Positions 1-9,879 of a stretch of 64,000 nucleotides of DNA are shown piece after piece (within the stretch, counting starts at the first letter, position 1; each line of letters opens with the position of its first letter). The stretch is from Burkholderiales bacterium. GTDB taxonomy: Bacteria; Pseudomonadota; Gammaproteobacteria; Burkholderiales; SG8-39. The notes under the pieces are model-generated. The model searched no databases. It saw only the letters and a list, made by a program, of their open reading frames with translations, and had not been told where the DNA came from. The stretch is from NCBI GenBank assembly GCA_038206915.1, contig JBBRAI010000002.1, forward strand, positions 78,079 to 142,078. Reading direction: 5' to 3'. Position numbers and translations under genes: made by a program.

Positions 1-660
1 GGCCCGGCGGGTCTTCTGTTTGCCGCAAAGATAGTAGGAGGCTTCGAATTCCAGTCCGAACCTGCGGCACAATTCGTTCATCGAAGGCGGCGTTATCCAG
101 CAGGTATGTTCGAGATTCGCCGGAACCGAGTCGTGGTGCCACACGCGCTTAATGAACTCATAGGCGTGCGGATTGGGGGTCGAAATGACCAGTTGGCCGC
201 CCGGTTTCAGCGAATCCCGGCAAAAGGAGATGAAGCCGCCGAGATTGTCCACATGCTCGATGACATCTCCGGCATGGATCGCATCGAAGTACTCGCGCTT
301 GAACGGCTCCCCGGTTGCATCGTAGGTCATTAGGCGATCCCACCCATAATGGCCGCGCACATATTCGATGAGTTCATGATTGATGTCGAGGCCCCAGATT
401 TCGTTGGCAGGCTCCAATTCGCGCAGCTTGAGATGGAACCAGCTGCTCTTGGTGACATATTCCAGGGTGTGCTCTGCGATGCCTATATCCAAGACGCGGC
501 CATTGACATTGAGCAGATCGCGCACGAAATCATGATGCGTCTTGTTCTTGCCGAGTTCCGGCAGGAACACGAGCTTACTGATGGATGAATAATAATCGGA
601 CCATCCAACCAGGCTCGGGCCGTGGTTCGGATCGGCGGATAGGGCAGTCCAGTCGAACAT
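1..660 (-). CDS. Class I SAM-dependent methyltransferase, runs off the left window edge
   Basis: Not in the ORF track. Manual translation from ATG at 660: MFDWTALSADP...GRVLDIGIAEH...WGLDINHE...FDAIHAGDVIEHV...SLKPGGQLVISTPNP, which contains the typical SAM-MTase motifs. Confidence 0.8.
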   Translation of the reverse strand, partial: MFDWTALSADPNHGPSLVGWSDYYSSISKLVFLPELGKNKTHHDFVRDLLNVNGRVLDIGIAEHTLEYVTKSSWFHLKLRELEPANEIWGLDINHELIEYVRGHYGWDRLMTYDATGEPFKREYFDAIHAGDVIEHVDNLGGFISFCRDSLKPGGQLVISTPNPHAYEFIKRVWHHDSVPANLEHTCWITPPSMNELCRRFGLEFEASYYLCGKQKTRRA

Positions 661-673
661 AGTTCTTTACCTT

Positions 674-1672
674 CTATCGAGCAACCAGTGTGATGGATCC
701 CGACGGCGTCAGCTTGCGCAGACTCCTGGCCGCTGTGATCAGATTGCGTGCCCGCTGTTCGTAAGTGTGCTCCCGCACTACCCGCGCGTGGGCGGCTTCG
801 GCGATGCGGCGCGATTCCTCGAAGTGGGCAAGCCAGTACTGGATCCTAGCTATGCAATCCGCCAGGTCGGTGAAGCCAGCCCATTCCGCGGCCAGGTCGA
901 AATCGTCGGCTGCATGGCGGCGTTCATCGGTGAGCAGGAAACCGCCCCGCGCAGGCACCCCGTAACAGCGTTCCGGCAGGCCCCAGCTTAGCGTGCCGCC
1001 GTGGTCGCAGGAGGAGCGATAGGACAGGTTGATGCGGGAGCGCTGAATCACGCGAATTTGCTCCTCTTCGCTGATCCCGGAAGAGTGCTCGATGTAGTGG
1101 CGGATACCCAGCGTGTCCAGGCGCCGCCGCAATTCGGCGAAAAAGCGCGCGCGTTCGGCATGTTCCTTGTAGCGCTCACCATCCATGTTGCCGAGGAAGG
1201 ACACGTCGTACTCATAGAAAGCCGGATCGCGCATCTGCTCCAGCGTGTGGCCGTGCAGGTTGAAGTTGCGCACCCAAACGGCATTCGCGCTGTATAGCTT
1301 GACCGGCGCGAAGTTCCAGGTCGGTTGCAGGGTATGGCTGGCGTAGATGTCCAGGGGGCGCAATAGCCGGAACAGGGCCAGGCGGCGCCAACGGATGCCC
1401 ATGTGCCAGGGGGCGTCGCGGTCCAGGCCGATCAGCGGCACCCCCGCAGAGCTCAGACGGCGCTTGAGCCCGAGCGCAGCCCAGGGTCTGCGGATTGCCT
1501 CGTACACGTTGACCACGCAGGCTTCGGATTTCGCGATCAGATCCGGTGCCGGTGTCCATGCGTTTTCCACCACGCGGCAGCCGATGTTTTCAAACGCTTC
1601 CTTCAGCGGCGGGAAGCCTTTGCGATAGTTGAGGATGACTGTGTCGCGCGGCATGGATGGTTTAGCGGACAT
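674..1672 (-). CDS. CgeB-family (Glyco_trans_1_2-type) glycosyltransferase
   Basis: YDVSFLGN, SRINLS, PERCYGVPARGGFLLTD and C-terminal HTYEQRA motifs. Confidence 0.75.
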   Translation of the reverse strand: MSAKPSMPRDTVILNYRKGFPPLKEAFENIGCRVVENAWTPAPDLIAKSEACVVNVYEAIRRPWAALGLKRRLSSAGVPLIGLDRDAPWHMGIRWRRLALFRLLRPLDIYASHTLQPTWNFAPVKLYSANAVWVRNFNLHGHTLEQMRDPAFYEYDVSFLGNMDGERYKEHAERARFFAELRRRLDTLGIRHYIEHSSGISEEEQIRVIQRSRINLSYRSSCDHGGTLSWGLPERCYGVPARGGFLLTDERRHAADDFDLAAEWAGFTDLADCIARIQYWLAHFEESRRIAEAAHARVVREHTYEQRARNLITAARSLRKLTPSGSITLVAR

Positions 1673-2813
1673 GTTCGGCGATCATCCGGGCCGTGGCTTG
1701 CGTCAATCGGGCAACCCGCTGGGTGAATGCGGTTTCGGAGAACTGCTCGAGGTGGTGTTTGGCCGGCCCGGGCGAAACATGAAAGGGCTGTGCGACGAGT
1801 CGGCGCAGGAGCTCATCGAAACTTGCGCCGGCATCGGCGCGCGGGTCCTCAAAAAAAAGGCCAGTTACGTTGTCGGCGACGGTCTCGGTAAACGGGCGGG
1901 CGTTGACCGCAAGCACCGGCGTGCCGCAGGCCTGGGCTTCCAGGACGTTGAGCCCGAGCGCCTCCTTTTCGGGCAGCCCGGCGAGCAGGTAGTCGAGTTT
2001 GCGGTAGACGGCGCCGACATCGCGCTGTTGTCCCCAGAAGCGCGCGCGTTCGCCGATCGGCGCCAGCTCCCGGCGCAGGTCGCGCACCGAGGCATAGCCG
2101 CCGGCGCCGAATATTTCCAGCCGGAATTCGGGATGGCGTGCCAGTACCGGGGCGATGTGCCGGAACAACAGGGGGAACTGCTTGATCGGCGTGAGGCGGG
2201 AAACCAGTCCAAGGGCGATACCGGGTGCGCGCGCGAACCGGGGTCTTGAGCGCAGCGTGTCGTAGAGCGGATAGATCCAGGAGAGCAGCCGGTCGCGGCC
2301 TTTACGCGTATCCCAGTCGTAGGGCGAGGTGGCGAAGATCGGCGTGTCTGCGCTTCCGCCGCGTCCCCGCAGATCGGCGATGCCCCAGAGAGGTTCCGTA
2401 TGAACCTGATGGATGCTGGCCGCATGCAAGCTGTCGACGACGTGCGCGGATACCGCGTAAACCAGGTCATAAGAACGCAGATGAGTGGGGTCGCGGCCAT
2501 ACAGCGGCATATGCGCGATGGCGCTGAGAAAGTGTCCGGCTTCGCGCAACGGCGCGAGTTCGCCTTCCCTGGCGGGAGTGTGAAACAGCAGCCAGCTCGA
2601 TGAGCCGGCGAGGTTGCCGCTGATGTCGGCTATGCTCTTCACCGGTATGGCCGTGCATTCGGCCGGCAGATGCGCCGCCCAGTGCGGGTTACCGGGGTGT
2701 ACGAACAGGGTTGTGGGAATCTGCAGGCGTAGCAGGGCGCGAGTGAAGAATACGCTATAGACCTCGCCGCCGCCCCAGCCGGTCTGCAGGTTGACCTGGT
2801 AACAGCGGGTCAT
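1662..2813 (-). CDS. GT4 glycosyltransferase
   Basis: N-terminal WGGGEVY; EALGLNVLEAQACGTPVLA (Ex7E). Confidence 0.85.
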   Translation of the reverse strand: MTRCYQVNLQTGWGGGEVYSVFFTRALLRLQIPTTLFVHPGNPHWAAHLPAECTAIPVKSIADISGNLAGSSSWLLFHTPAREGELAPLREAGHFLSAIAHMPLYGRDPTHLRSYDLVYAVSAHVVDSLHAASIHQVHTEPLWGIADLRGRGGSADTPIFATSPYDWDTRKGRDRLLSWIYPLYDTLRSRPRFARAPGIALGLVSRLTPIKQFPLLFRHIAPVLARHPEFRLEIFGAGGYASVRDLRRELAPIGERARFWGQQRDVGAVYRKLDYLLAGLPEKEALGLNVLEAQACGTPVLAVNARPFTETVADNVTGLFFEDPRADAGASFDELLRRLVAQPFHVSPGPAKHHLEQFSETAFTQRVARLTQATARMIAEHVR

Positions 2814-3775
2814 GCCAGCCAGCTCCTCAACCAGCTTTTCGCGATGCGGCGGCGCTGCGCGATATTAGTAGTGTTGTTCCACAGCAGGGCGTAGACGCCG
2901 TCGTGGCGCAATTGGTGGTAGAGGCCGCGGCGCAAGCCGGGCGAGCGCACCTTGCGCAGCTTGTGGAAGATGGACAGCGCGCCGTCCACCAATTGCCAGC
3001 GCAGCAAGGCTTGCAGTTCCGCATCTTCGCCCAGCGTTGCGGCCAGATCGGCTAGTCCACGCGCGTTATGCGCGGAGCTGGCGATGATGGCGTCCAAGCG
3101 CTGGTCCATGATGTCAGCGGGCAGAGGACGGACGCGCTGGCGGTAGAAATAGCCCGGCGCGGGGTCGTAGGCCACCCGCTGCGCTTGCAGGAACGCGCGC
3201 GTGGTCCACAGCACATCTTCGTGGATCAGGCGCGGGACGAAGCGCATCCCCAGACGCTCGATGAAATCACGCCGATACAGATGCATCCACACCATGTGCA
3301 GCAGGGTCTTCTGCGCCAGGCGGCGGCGCAGCACCTCGCGGCCCGGCATGACCTCCGTGGACAGCGCATCGCGATAGATGGGGTGGTCTTCGCGGCGGCC
3401 CTCGAAGTGATACATGGCATTACCGTGCGCCAAGTCCAGATTTTTCGAGCGGGCGAGCTCGAGCAGGCGGCGGTAATAGCCAGGCTCGATATAGTCGTCG
3501 GAATCGACGAAAGCCAGATACTCGCCGCTGATGCGATCCAGCCCGGTGTTGCGTGCGGCGGAAAGACCGCCGTTGTCCTGGCGGATCACGCGCATTTGCG
3601 GATGCTGCACCGCGTAGCGGGCGAGGATGGCAGGGCATTCGTCGGTGGAGCCGTCATCGACGAGCATGATCTCTACGCCGTCCAAGTTCTGCGCGGCCAG
3701 GCTATCCAGACAGCGCTCGAGAAAAAGCGCGACGTTGTATACCGGCACGACCAGGCTGAGCAGCGGACGATTCAA
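2810..3775 (-). CDS. GT2 glycosyltransferase
   Basis: LSLVVPVYNV, VDDGSTD, NGGLSAARN, FVDSDD, HEDVLW. Confidence 0.9.
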   Translation of the reverse strand: MNRPLLSLVVPVYNVALFLERCLDSLAAQNLDGVEIMLVDDGSTDECPAILARYAVQHPQMRVIRQDNGGLSAARNTGLDRISGEYLAFVDSDDYIEPGYYRRLLELARSKNLDLAHGNAMYHFEGRREDHPIYRDALSTEVMPGREVLRRRLAQKTLLHMVWMHLYRRDFIERLGMRFVPRLIHEDVLWTTRAFLQAQRVAYDPAPGYFYRQRVRPLPADIMDQRLDAIIASSAHNARGLADLAATLGEDAELQALLRWQLVDGALSIFHKLRKVRSPGLRRGLYHQLRHDGVYALLWNNTTNIAQRRRIAKSWLRSWLA

Positions 3776-4497
3776 GATCCTTCCCTGAACAGGTAAAAGA
3801 CGTGCTTGCGCATATTGCCCAGATCCAGGGCAAAGCCGGCGGCGAAAAGCCAGCCCAGCATTTCCGAAATGCGGGTGTAGCCGAGCGCCTGCGGATGTAC
3901 CTCGATCACCATCTTGCGGATGGGATCCAGTCGCGCATGGCGCAAGAACTCATATTCGCCGCCCTCGATATCGAGGATCATGAAACTCGGCCGGACGCGC
4001 CGAATCTCCTGATTGAGGTCGATCTGCCTGACCCGAATGGGGGTGGAGTCCTGAGACAACTGGATCAGCGACGAAGCCCAGTAATCTTTTTCCAGCCAAA
4101 AAGTCTGCTCGCCTTCACCCTCGCCCAGAAGAACATTGCTTACCGTGGGCGTCACCTGGTTGAGTTCATGCACCTGCCTGATTACATCCATCAATTGCGG
4201 GTTGGCCTCATAAGTGAACACCTGCTCACCGCCAATGACTTTCGCGCACAGCGCCGACAGAAAGCCGATGCCGGCGCCGACTTCCATCACCACATCATCA
4301 GCGGCGATCTTCTTCGTCACCAGTTCGGCTTCCTTGGATTCGTATACGCCAAAAAAAATGTCCTTGACGATCGGCGGCGTGATCGCTGGGTGTTTGATGG
4401 GCAGTTTCACGCCGAAATTGGTCGAATAGCTGGGCTTCGGGAAGTGCCAGAGGATGCGTTTGATGCGTTTTTCCGTCTTTCCGCCAGGTCTGATCAT
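3772..4497 (-). CDS. FkbM-family methyltransferase
   Basis: VMEVGAGIG, YEANP, LDIEGGEY. Confidence 0.8.
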   Translation of the reverse strand: MIRPGGKTEKRIKRILWHFPKPSYSTNFGVKLPIKHPAITPPIVKDIFFGVYESKEAELVTKKIAADDVVMEVGAGIGFLSALCAKVIGGEQVFTYEANPQLMDVIRQVHELNQVTPTVSNVLLGEGEGEQTFWLEKDYWASSLIQLSQDSTPIRVRQIDLNQEIRRVRPSFMILDIEGGEYEFLRHARLDPIRKMVIEVHPQALGYTRISEMLGWLFAAGFALDLGNMRKHVFYLFREGS

Positions 4498-4509
4498 GGT
4501 TTGCTCTCT

Positions 4510-6354
4510 TCAAGCGCTCGATACGTTGTGTCCGGCTAGCCAGATCAGCAATACCACGAAGGTGTAGGCCAATCGCCGCGAAGCCTTGCCCTGCTTCGCA
4601 GCATGCCAAAGCCGGCGCACGGCCGCGGCATTCAGGAAGGGCGCCAGTTCCTCGCAGCGGGCGACGTAATGCTCGCAGGCGGCGTTCCATTGTCCGTTGA
4701 AATAGTGGTTCAAGGGCAGCGAAAATCCGTGCTTGGGCCGGTTCCACACGGCTTCCGGCAAATGCCGGCGGGCCAGGGCACGCAGCAGCGCCTTGCCACC
4801 ATCGATGTCGTAGTGCACGTCGGCCGGCCAATCAAGGACCAAGTCCAGCACCGGCTTGCCCAGCAGCGGTACGCGCACTTCCAGGCTATGGTCCATGCTC
4901 GCCCGGTCGGTCTTGACCAGGCAGTCCTCGGACAGATAGGTCCAGAGATCGGCGCGCATCAGGCTGGCGGTATCCATGCCTCGTCCATAAGCCAGAGTCA
5001 GTCCGCGCCATAGCATGAGCGTATCCTGCGGCCGGCAGGCGACCAGAGCGGCCGGGCTGAGATAGCCGGCCAGATCCTTGCGCGAACGCGCGAAGGGACC
5101 CAGCTCGACCTGCTTGTAGAGCATCATTTCGCGTCCGGCCAGGCCCCGGCGCAGCAGGATGCCGGGCAGCCAGCCGGCGCGCGCGCCGTTGCGCAGCAGG
5201 CGGCGGCCGAAGCTGTCGGGAAAGCGATCTTCGGTCTGCGAAAAACGCGGGTAGCCGGCAAACAGTTCGTCGCCGCCGTCGCCGCTGATGGCCACGGTGA
5301 CCGCGTGCCGGGTGAGGCGGGACAGTTCATGGGTCGCCACGTAGGCCGGATCGGCCAGCGGTTGGTCCAGCGCAGTGATGGCGGCTTCGAAGACGGCGCC
5401 GTCGATCGCCGGCGCATCAATCACCGTGTGCTCAGTGGCGTATTGCTCGGCGACCGCGCGTGCGGCCGGATTTTCGTCAAAACCCGCTTGCGGAAAACGG
5501 ATGTTGAAGGTCTTCAACGGCCGCACACCCGCCTCGGCCATGTAATGCACCATCAGGCTGGAATCGATGCCGCCGGACAGGAAGGCGCCGAGCGGCACAT
5601 CGGCCACCATCTGCCGGCGCACGCTCTCGCGCAGCGCGGCGTCAACCGCCTGCAAGGCGTCGGCGAAAGCTGGCGCGGGCGCGCGCGGCGCCGGCGGCTG
5701 CCAATAGCGGCGCAGCGTCAGCCGGCCGCTTTCATGTTCGAACAGCAGCAGGCTGGCGGGCGGCAACTGGCGGACATCACGCAGGAAGGAATGCGGCGAC
5801 TGCACTGCCTGGCAGGCCAGATAGTCGCGCAGGGCTTCGTAGTCCAAGCGGCGCGGGAAGCCGGGGAGCGCGAAGAACGGCGCCAGTGTAGAGGCGAAGA
5901 CCAGGCCGCCGTCCAGCGCCGCGTAGAACAGTGGCTTGACCCCTACGCGGTCGCGTGCCAGCACCAGGCGCTTCGTTTCTGCATCCCATAGCGCGAAGGC
6001 GAAAATGCCGTCGAGCCGGTCCAGCAGCGTTTCGCCCCAGGCGCGCCAGCCCTGCAACAGCACCTCAGTATCGGATTGCGTGTGGAACGGCCACCCTTGC
6101 GCTTCCAGTTCCTGGCGCAGTTCCCTGAAATTGTAGATCTCGCCGTTGAAGGCCAGGGTCCAGCGACGGTCTTCGCTTTGCATCGGCTGCGCGCCGCCGG
6201 CGAGGTCGATGATGGCGAGGCGGCGATGGCCAAACACCGCCGCGCCTGCATCCACCACACCGTGGCCATCCGGGCCGCGTGGGCGCAGGGTTTCCAGGGC
6301 CTCGTGAACCTGGGCGCGCCAGCGGGTGCCGACCATGCCGAGGATGCCGCACAT
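4510..6354 (-). CDS. asnB: Asparagine synthase (glutamine-hydrolysing)-like amidotransferase, polysaccharide-cluster type
   Basis: MCGI N-terminus, RGPD, HRRLAIID, FNGEIYN, LSGGIDSS, SGDGGDELFAGY; lies inside a glycan cluster. Confidence 0.9.
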   Translation of the reverse strand: MCGILGMVGTRWRAQVHEALETLRPRGPDGHGVVDAGAAVFGHRRLAIIDLAGGAQPMQSEDRRWTLAFNGEIYNFRELRQELEAQGWPFHTQSDTEVLLQGWRAWGETLLDRLDGIFAFALWDAETKRLVLARDRVGVKPLFYAALDGGLVFASTLAPFFALPGFPRRLDYEALRDYLACQAVQSPHSFLRDVRQLPPASLLLFEHESGRLTLRRYWQPPAPRAPAPAFADALQAVDAALRESVRRQMVADVPLGAFLSGGIDSSLMVHYMAEAGVRPLKTFNIRFPQAGFDENPAARAVAEQYATEHTVIDAPAIDGAVFEAAITALDQPLADPAYVATHELSRLTRHAVTVAISGDGGDELFAGYPRFSQTEDRFPDSFGRRLLRNGARAGWLPGILLRRGLAGREMMLYKQVELGPFARSRKDLAGYLSPAALVACRPQDTLMLWRGLTLAYGRGMDTASLMRADLWTYLSEDCLVKTDRASMDHSLEVRVPLLGKPVLDLVLDWPADVHYDIDGGKALLRALARRHLPEAVWNRPKHGFSLPLNHYFNGQWNAACEHYVARCEELAPFLNAAAVRRLWHAAKQGKASRRLAYTFVVLLIWLAGHNVSSA

Positions 6355-6356
6355 GC

Positions 6357-7445
6357 TCAGCGCACCTCCGCTGCCAGCGCCGCATAGCGCGCTGCCACGG
6401 TGCCCGCGTCGAAAGCGTCGAGTTCATCGGGCCGCCGGGGCCGCGCTTCCTGCAGGGCTTCGCGGATTCGTGTCGCCAGGGCGCTTGCATCGTCCATCGG
6501 CACCAGCCAGCGCGCCAAGTCACCGCGCAGCACCTCGCGCGGCCCCGACGGACAATCGGTACTGACCACGCGGGTGCCGCAGGCGAGGGCTTCCACCAGC
6601 ACATTGGGCATGCCTTCGTGATCGGAGCACAATACCAGCAGCTCGGCCGCAGCGATCCAAGGGAAGGGATTTGGATGGAAGCCTGCTACTGTGACCCGGC
6701 CAGACAGTCCTTTGGTTTCGATCAGGCGGCCGAGCTCGGCCGCGGGCTCGGTAAGCAGCACCAATTCCATATCCAGGCCTGCCAGGCTCCATGCGTCCAA
6801 CAGAAGATCGTGGCGTTTCTGCGGGGAAAAGCGTCCCACATGGATCACATAGGGACGCTTGGGCAGGTCCGGCTCCCGCATGCCGGCCAACTCGAGAATG
6901 CGCTGGAAATCGAAGGGATTATGAATTACCGCGATGTCGGAGGAGAGACCCAGGCGCTCACGCAGGTCCGCGGCCACGCCCTCCGATACGGCGATCAGCG
7001 ACTGACCCTCGTAGAGGGAGCGGTAACGCGCCAGACGTCGTTTGGCTTTCGCCGCGCTGTTCCGAATAAGCTGGTCAATTTCGGCCGAAAGAGTGTTGGC
7101 GATGCGGTAGCGCACACGCGGGAGACGCGCGCGGCGTACCACCTCGTCGCAATAGGGCAGGGTCGAGACCGTAAGTCCTATAGGTCGGCAGGCATCGAGT
7201 CGTTTCCATAGCCGGGCAAGGCGCCAGGCGGCAATGCGCTTGCCCAGCCAGCCGTGGCCCAGCGTGCCCCCCGGCGAGGTGACAATATGCAGCCTGATGC
7301 CTTCGGGAACCGTATGCTCGATCACCGGCTCAAGCAGAATCAAGTCCACGCCATGCTCTCTCCCGGCGAGCGTAGCCGCGATATTGAGCATGGCCCGTTC
7401 GGCGCCGCCGCCGGCGAGGTTGGTCACGATCAGGGCGAAGTTCAC
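6357..7445 (-). CDS. GT4 glycosyltransferase
   Basis: GGGAER, VGRFSPQKRH, EGMPNVLVEALACG, TDCPSGPRE. Confidence 0.9.
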   Translation of the reverse strand: MNFALIVTNLAGGGAERAMLNIAATLAGREHGVDLILLEPVIEHTVPEGIRLHIVTSPGGTLGHGWLGKRIAAWRLARLWKRLDACRPIGLTVSTLPYCDEVVRRARLPRVRYRIANTLSAEIDQLIRNSAAKAKRRLARYRSLYEGQSLIAVSEGVAADLRERLGLSSDIAVIHNPFDFQRILELAGMREPDLPKRPYVIHVGRFSPQKRHDLLLDAWSLAGLDMELVLLTEPAAELGRLIETKGLSGRVTVAGFHPNPFPWIAAAELLVLCSDHEGMPNVLVEALACGTRVVSTDCPSGPREVLRGDLARWLVPMDDASALATRIREALQEARPRRPDELDAFDAGTVAARYAALAAEVR

Positions 7446-8455
7446 GCCAGCGCCTCGCGCACCTGAGCTAGCACCATGTCCACCGAAATATCCGTCATCG
7501 GGTAATCATCGGGAGAAGTTCCCTGTCCGGCGCGCGGGTGGTCCACGGTCCACAGGCAGGGGTGCGCCAGCGGCGCCAGCAGACGACTCGGAGAAGAACC
7601 GTGATACATCGCGACCATAGGCCGATGCAGGGCCCCCATGATATGCGTCGGGCCGGTATCGACTCCGATGTACAGGTCCAGTTCGTTCATCAGCGCCGCG
7701 GTCTGGCGCAGCGACAGGCTGCCAGCATAATGGGTCGAACACTCCGGAAGCGCGTCATGCAGGGCCTGGGTGCGTTCCCGTTCGAGGCTGCCGCCGAAAA
7801 TCAGGAAGTGCGCATGCGGATGCTCGGCGCGGATGCGACGGCATAATTCGATGAATCGTTCCACGGACCAGTCGCGGTAACCCTTGGTCGGAAAACTGGC
7901 GATCTGCAGGCCGATCAGCGGCCCGGCTCCGGGCATACGCATAGGTGCCAGACGGGTTGCGGCCCATTCGCGTTCGGCGGCACTGACGACATAAGAGAGG
8001 TGCTTGCCCGCAGGTGCTAGTCCGATCGCGTCGGTGAGGGCGAGTTGATAGTCCACCGCATGCCGGCTTTGAAACGCGGGTTCTTCGACGGCGCGCCAGA
8101 GCCGCGCATCCAGCGCCGGATAACGCTGGCGGAAGGCGACAACCCTGCGCGCCACGCGCAAGGCATAGGCGACCAAGGACTGGTCGAAGCCGAAGACCAG
8201 CGCCAGATCGTAGCTGCGGCCGGGCAGCCAGCCACGTGGGAGGGCTAGATTCTTCGTGATGCGGCCCAGATGATGGACATGGGGCAGGCCTTGCAGAACC
8301 TCGGCCCGCTTTGGGTGCGCCAGGCAGGTCAGGCGGGCCTTGGGGTAGGCCGCAGCCAGCGCACGCAACACCGGAGTGACAAGGAGGGTGTCGCCGATGC
8401 GCGAAACCTGCACTACCAGGATGTCGTGCACGGCATCTGTTTCAATGTCCATCAC
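7442..8455 (-). CDS. GT9 ADP-heptose:LPS heptosyltransferase-like protein
   Basis: SRIGDTLL and IGVDTGPTHI GT9 motifs. Confidence 0.85.
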   Translation of the reverse strand: MMDIETDAVHDILVVQVSRIGDTLLVTPVLRALAAAYPKARLTCLAHPKRAEVLQGLPHVHHLGRITKNLALPRGWLPGRSYDLALVFGFDQSLVAYALRVARRVVAFRQRYPALDARLWRAVEEPAFQSRHAVDYQLALTDAIGLAPAGKHLSYVVSAAEREWAATRLAPMRMPGAGPLIGLQIASFPTKGYRDWSVERFIELCRRIRAEHPHAHFLIFGGSLERERTQALHDALPECSTHYAGSLSLRQTAALMNELDLYIGVDTGPTHIMGALHRPMVAMYHGSSPSRLLAPLAHPCLWTVDHPRAGQGTSPDDYPMTDISVDMVLAQVREALA

Positions 8456-8469
8456 GTGATACCCGAGCC

Positions 8470-8664
8470 CTAGCGGCGTGTGCGCCCGGACTTCAGGATC
8501 CGATGCGGCTTTATCCTGCGGGCACTGAGGCAGAAAGTGAGCATTTCCGAAAACCGGATGTCCTCGCGTTGGCAGCTAGCGCCGGCGATGAGCGTCTGGA
8601 GCGTTGCGAGCACGGCGGCGGCATCGCGACTGCGCGCGTCGGCCGGCTCGTGTTCAGTGGCCAC
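8470..8664 (-). pseudogene. Truncated remnant resembling the N-terminus of a methyltransferase-like protein
   Basis: 64-aa ORF coupled to the upstream GT4 stop, ending ...IRFSEMLTFCLSARRIKPHRILKSGRTRR-stop within a putative SAM-binding motif I. Family similarity is recalled, not searched. Confidence 0.4.
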
Positions 8665-9745
8665 AACTCACCAGTTCAAAAACGCGCTGCATCGCGTCCA
8701 GCATGGAATCCCGCGTGTAGCGGCTGAGCGCCGTCAAGCGGGCGTCTGCGCTTAAGCGTTTGCCCAGCTCGGAATCGTCCAGCAGGCGTTGGATGGCCTG
8801 CGCGAGCGCCTGAACGTTTTCGGGTGCAACGATCAGCGCGCTCTTCTCGTGCTCAACTACCTCGGGAATGCTGCCGACAGGGGTGGTCACGATCGGTATG
8901 CCGACCAGCATGGCCTGGAGCATCGCCTGCGGCACGCCTTCGTTGGCATAGGAGGGCAGGCAGAACAGGTCGAAGGCCGGCAGCCAGCGCTCCGGATCGT
9001 CGCACTGACCGAGAAAGCGAACCCGATCGCCCATCTGCAGACGCGCCACCATTTCGTGCAGATAGTCCCGTCTCGGGCCGTCGCCGATAATCAACAGGCG
9101 CCAGTCGTGGCCCTTGATCTGGCGGCAGGCGTCGATCAAATAGTGGTGGCCTTTCCAACTGCGCAGTGTGGCGACGATGCCGATATAGCGTAGATCGGGA
9201 TCGAGACCGAGATTCCGGCGAGCGGCCAGGCGATCTCCCGGCTGGAAGCGTTGCGGGTCGATGCCGGTGGGGACGGAAGTAATCATGCCGCCCGGATAGC
9301 CGTTGGCGCGGATCAATGCCTCGCGCAAACGCTCCCCGGTAGTGACGATGTACGTGGTGGCACGGGTGTAGAGCCAGCGCGAGGCGGCATTGCGCGGAAT
9401 CGGTGCCGAGATGTGGCGGGTGCGTACCAGCGGTGGCGGTGCCGAGAGAAAAAGTCGCGCCAGTGCCACCAACCAGGCATCGGTGGAACTGTGAGCATTG
9501 ATGACATCGGGCCGGCTGCGCACGATATGGCTGCGCAGCTCGAGCAGGCCGCGAAGACTCTTGCGCCCGATCGGCAGTGCGACGGCCGGCACGCCGTAAC
9601 GTCCCGCCTCGGAAAAGATTCGCGCCTCGGGCGGGCAGGCCAGGCTGACATCGTGACCGCGCCCGATCAGGCCGCGGGCTTCCTCCAGAATGCGGATCTC
9701 CTGGCCGCCCCAGCCGCATGAGGCTTCGGTGTGGAGGATTTTCAT
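8654..9745 (-). CDS. GT4 glycosyltransferase (LPS core region type)
   Basis: Start refined to MKILHTEASCGWGGQEIR; LRSWKGH, EGVPQAMLQAM. Confidence 0.9.
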   Translation of the reverse strand: MKILHTEASCGWGGQEIRILEEARGLIGRGHDVSLACPPEARIFSEAGRYGVPAVALPIGRKSLRGLLELRSHIVRSRPDVINAHSSTDAWLVALARLFLSAPPPLVRTRHISAPIPRNAASRWLYTRATTYIVTTGERLREALIRANGYPGGMITSVPTGIDPQRFQPGDRLAARRNLGLDPDLRYIGIVATLRSWKGHHYLIDACRQIKGHDWRLLIIGDGPRRDYLHEMVARLQMGDRVRFLGQCDDPERWLPAFDLFCLPSYANEGVPQAMLQAMLVGIPIVTTPVGSIPEVVEHEKSALIVAPENVQALAQAIQRLLDDSELGKRLSADARLTALSRYTRDSMLDAMQRVFELVSCGH

Positions 9746-9879
9746 CCCGCGCGTTGTGATGCCAGCTCGGCGGACAGCTTGACGATGCGTTGGGCGGGTG
9801 CCGCGGCGGCGTGTTTCCCGATTGGGCGGGCCTCGGTGCCGACCCAACTGTTACGCTTTCGGACGATGCGCGATTTCAA
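9742..9879 (-). pseudogene. Possible deletion scar of a WaaG/RfaG-like GT4 gene (N- and C-termini joined)
   Basis: TTG overlapping the upstream stop reads LKSRIVRKRNSWVGTE...AQRIVKLSAELASQRAG-stop, and that stop overlaps the next ATG. Resembles MKIAIVRQRYNPFGGAE and ...AQRLxxLYxEL GT4 termini. Confidence 0.4.
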
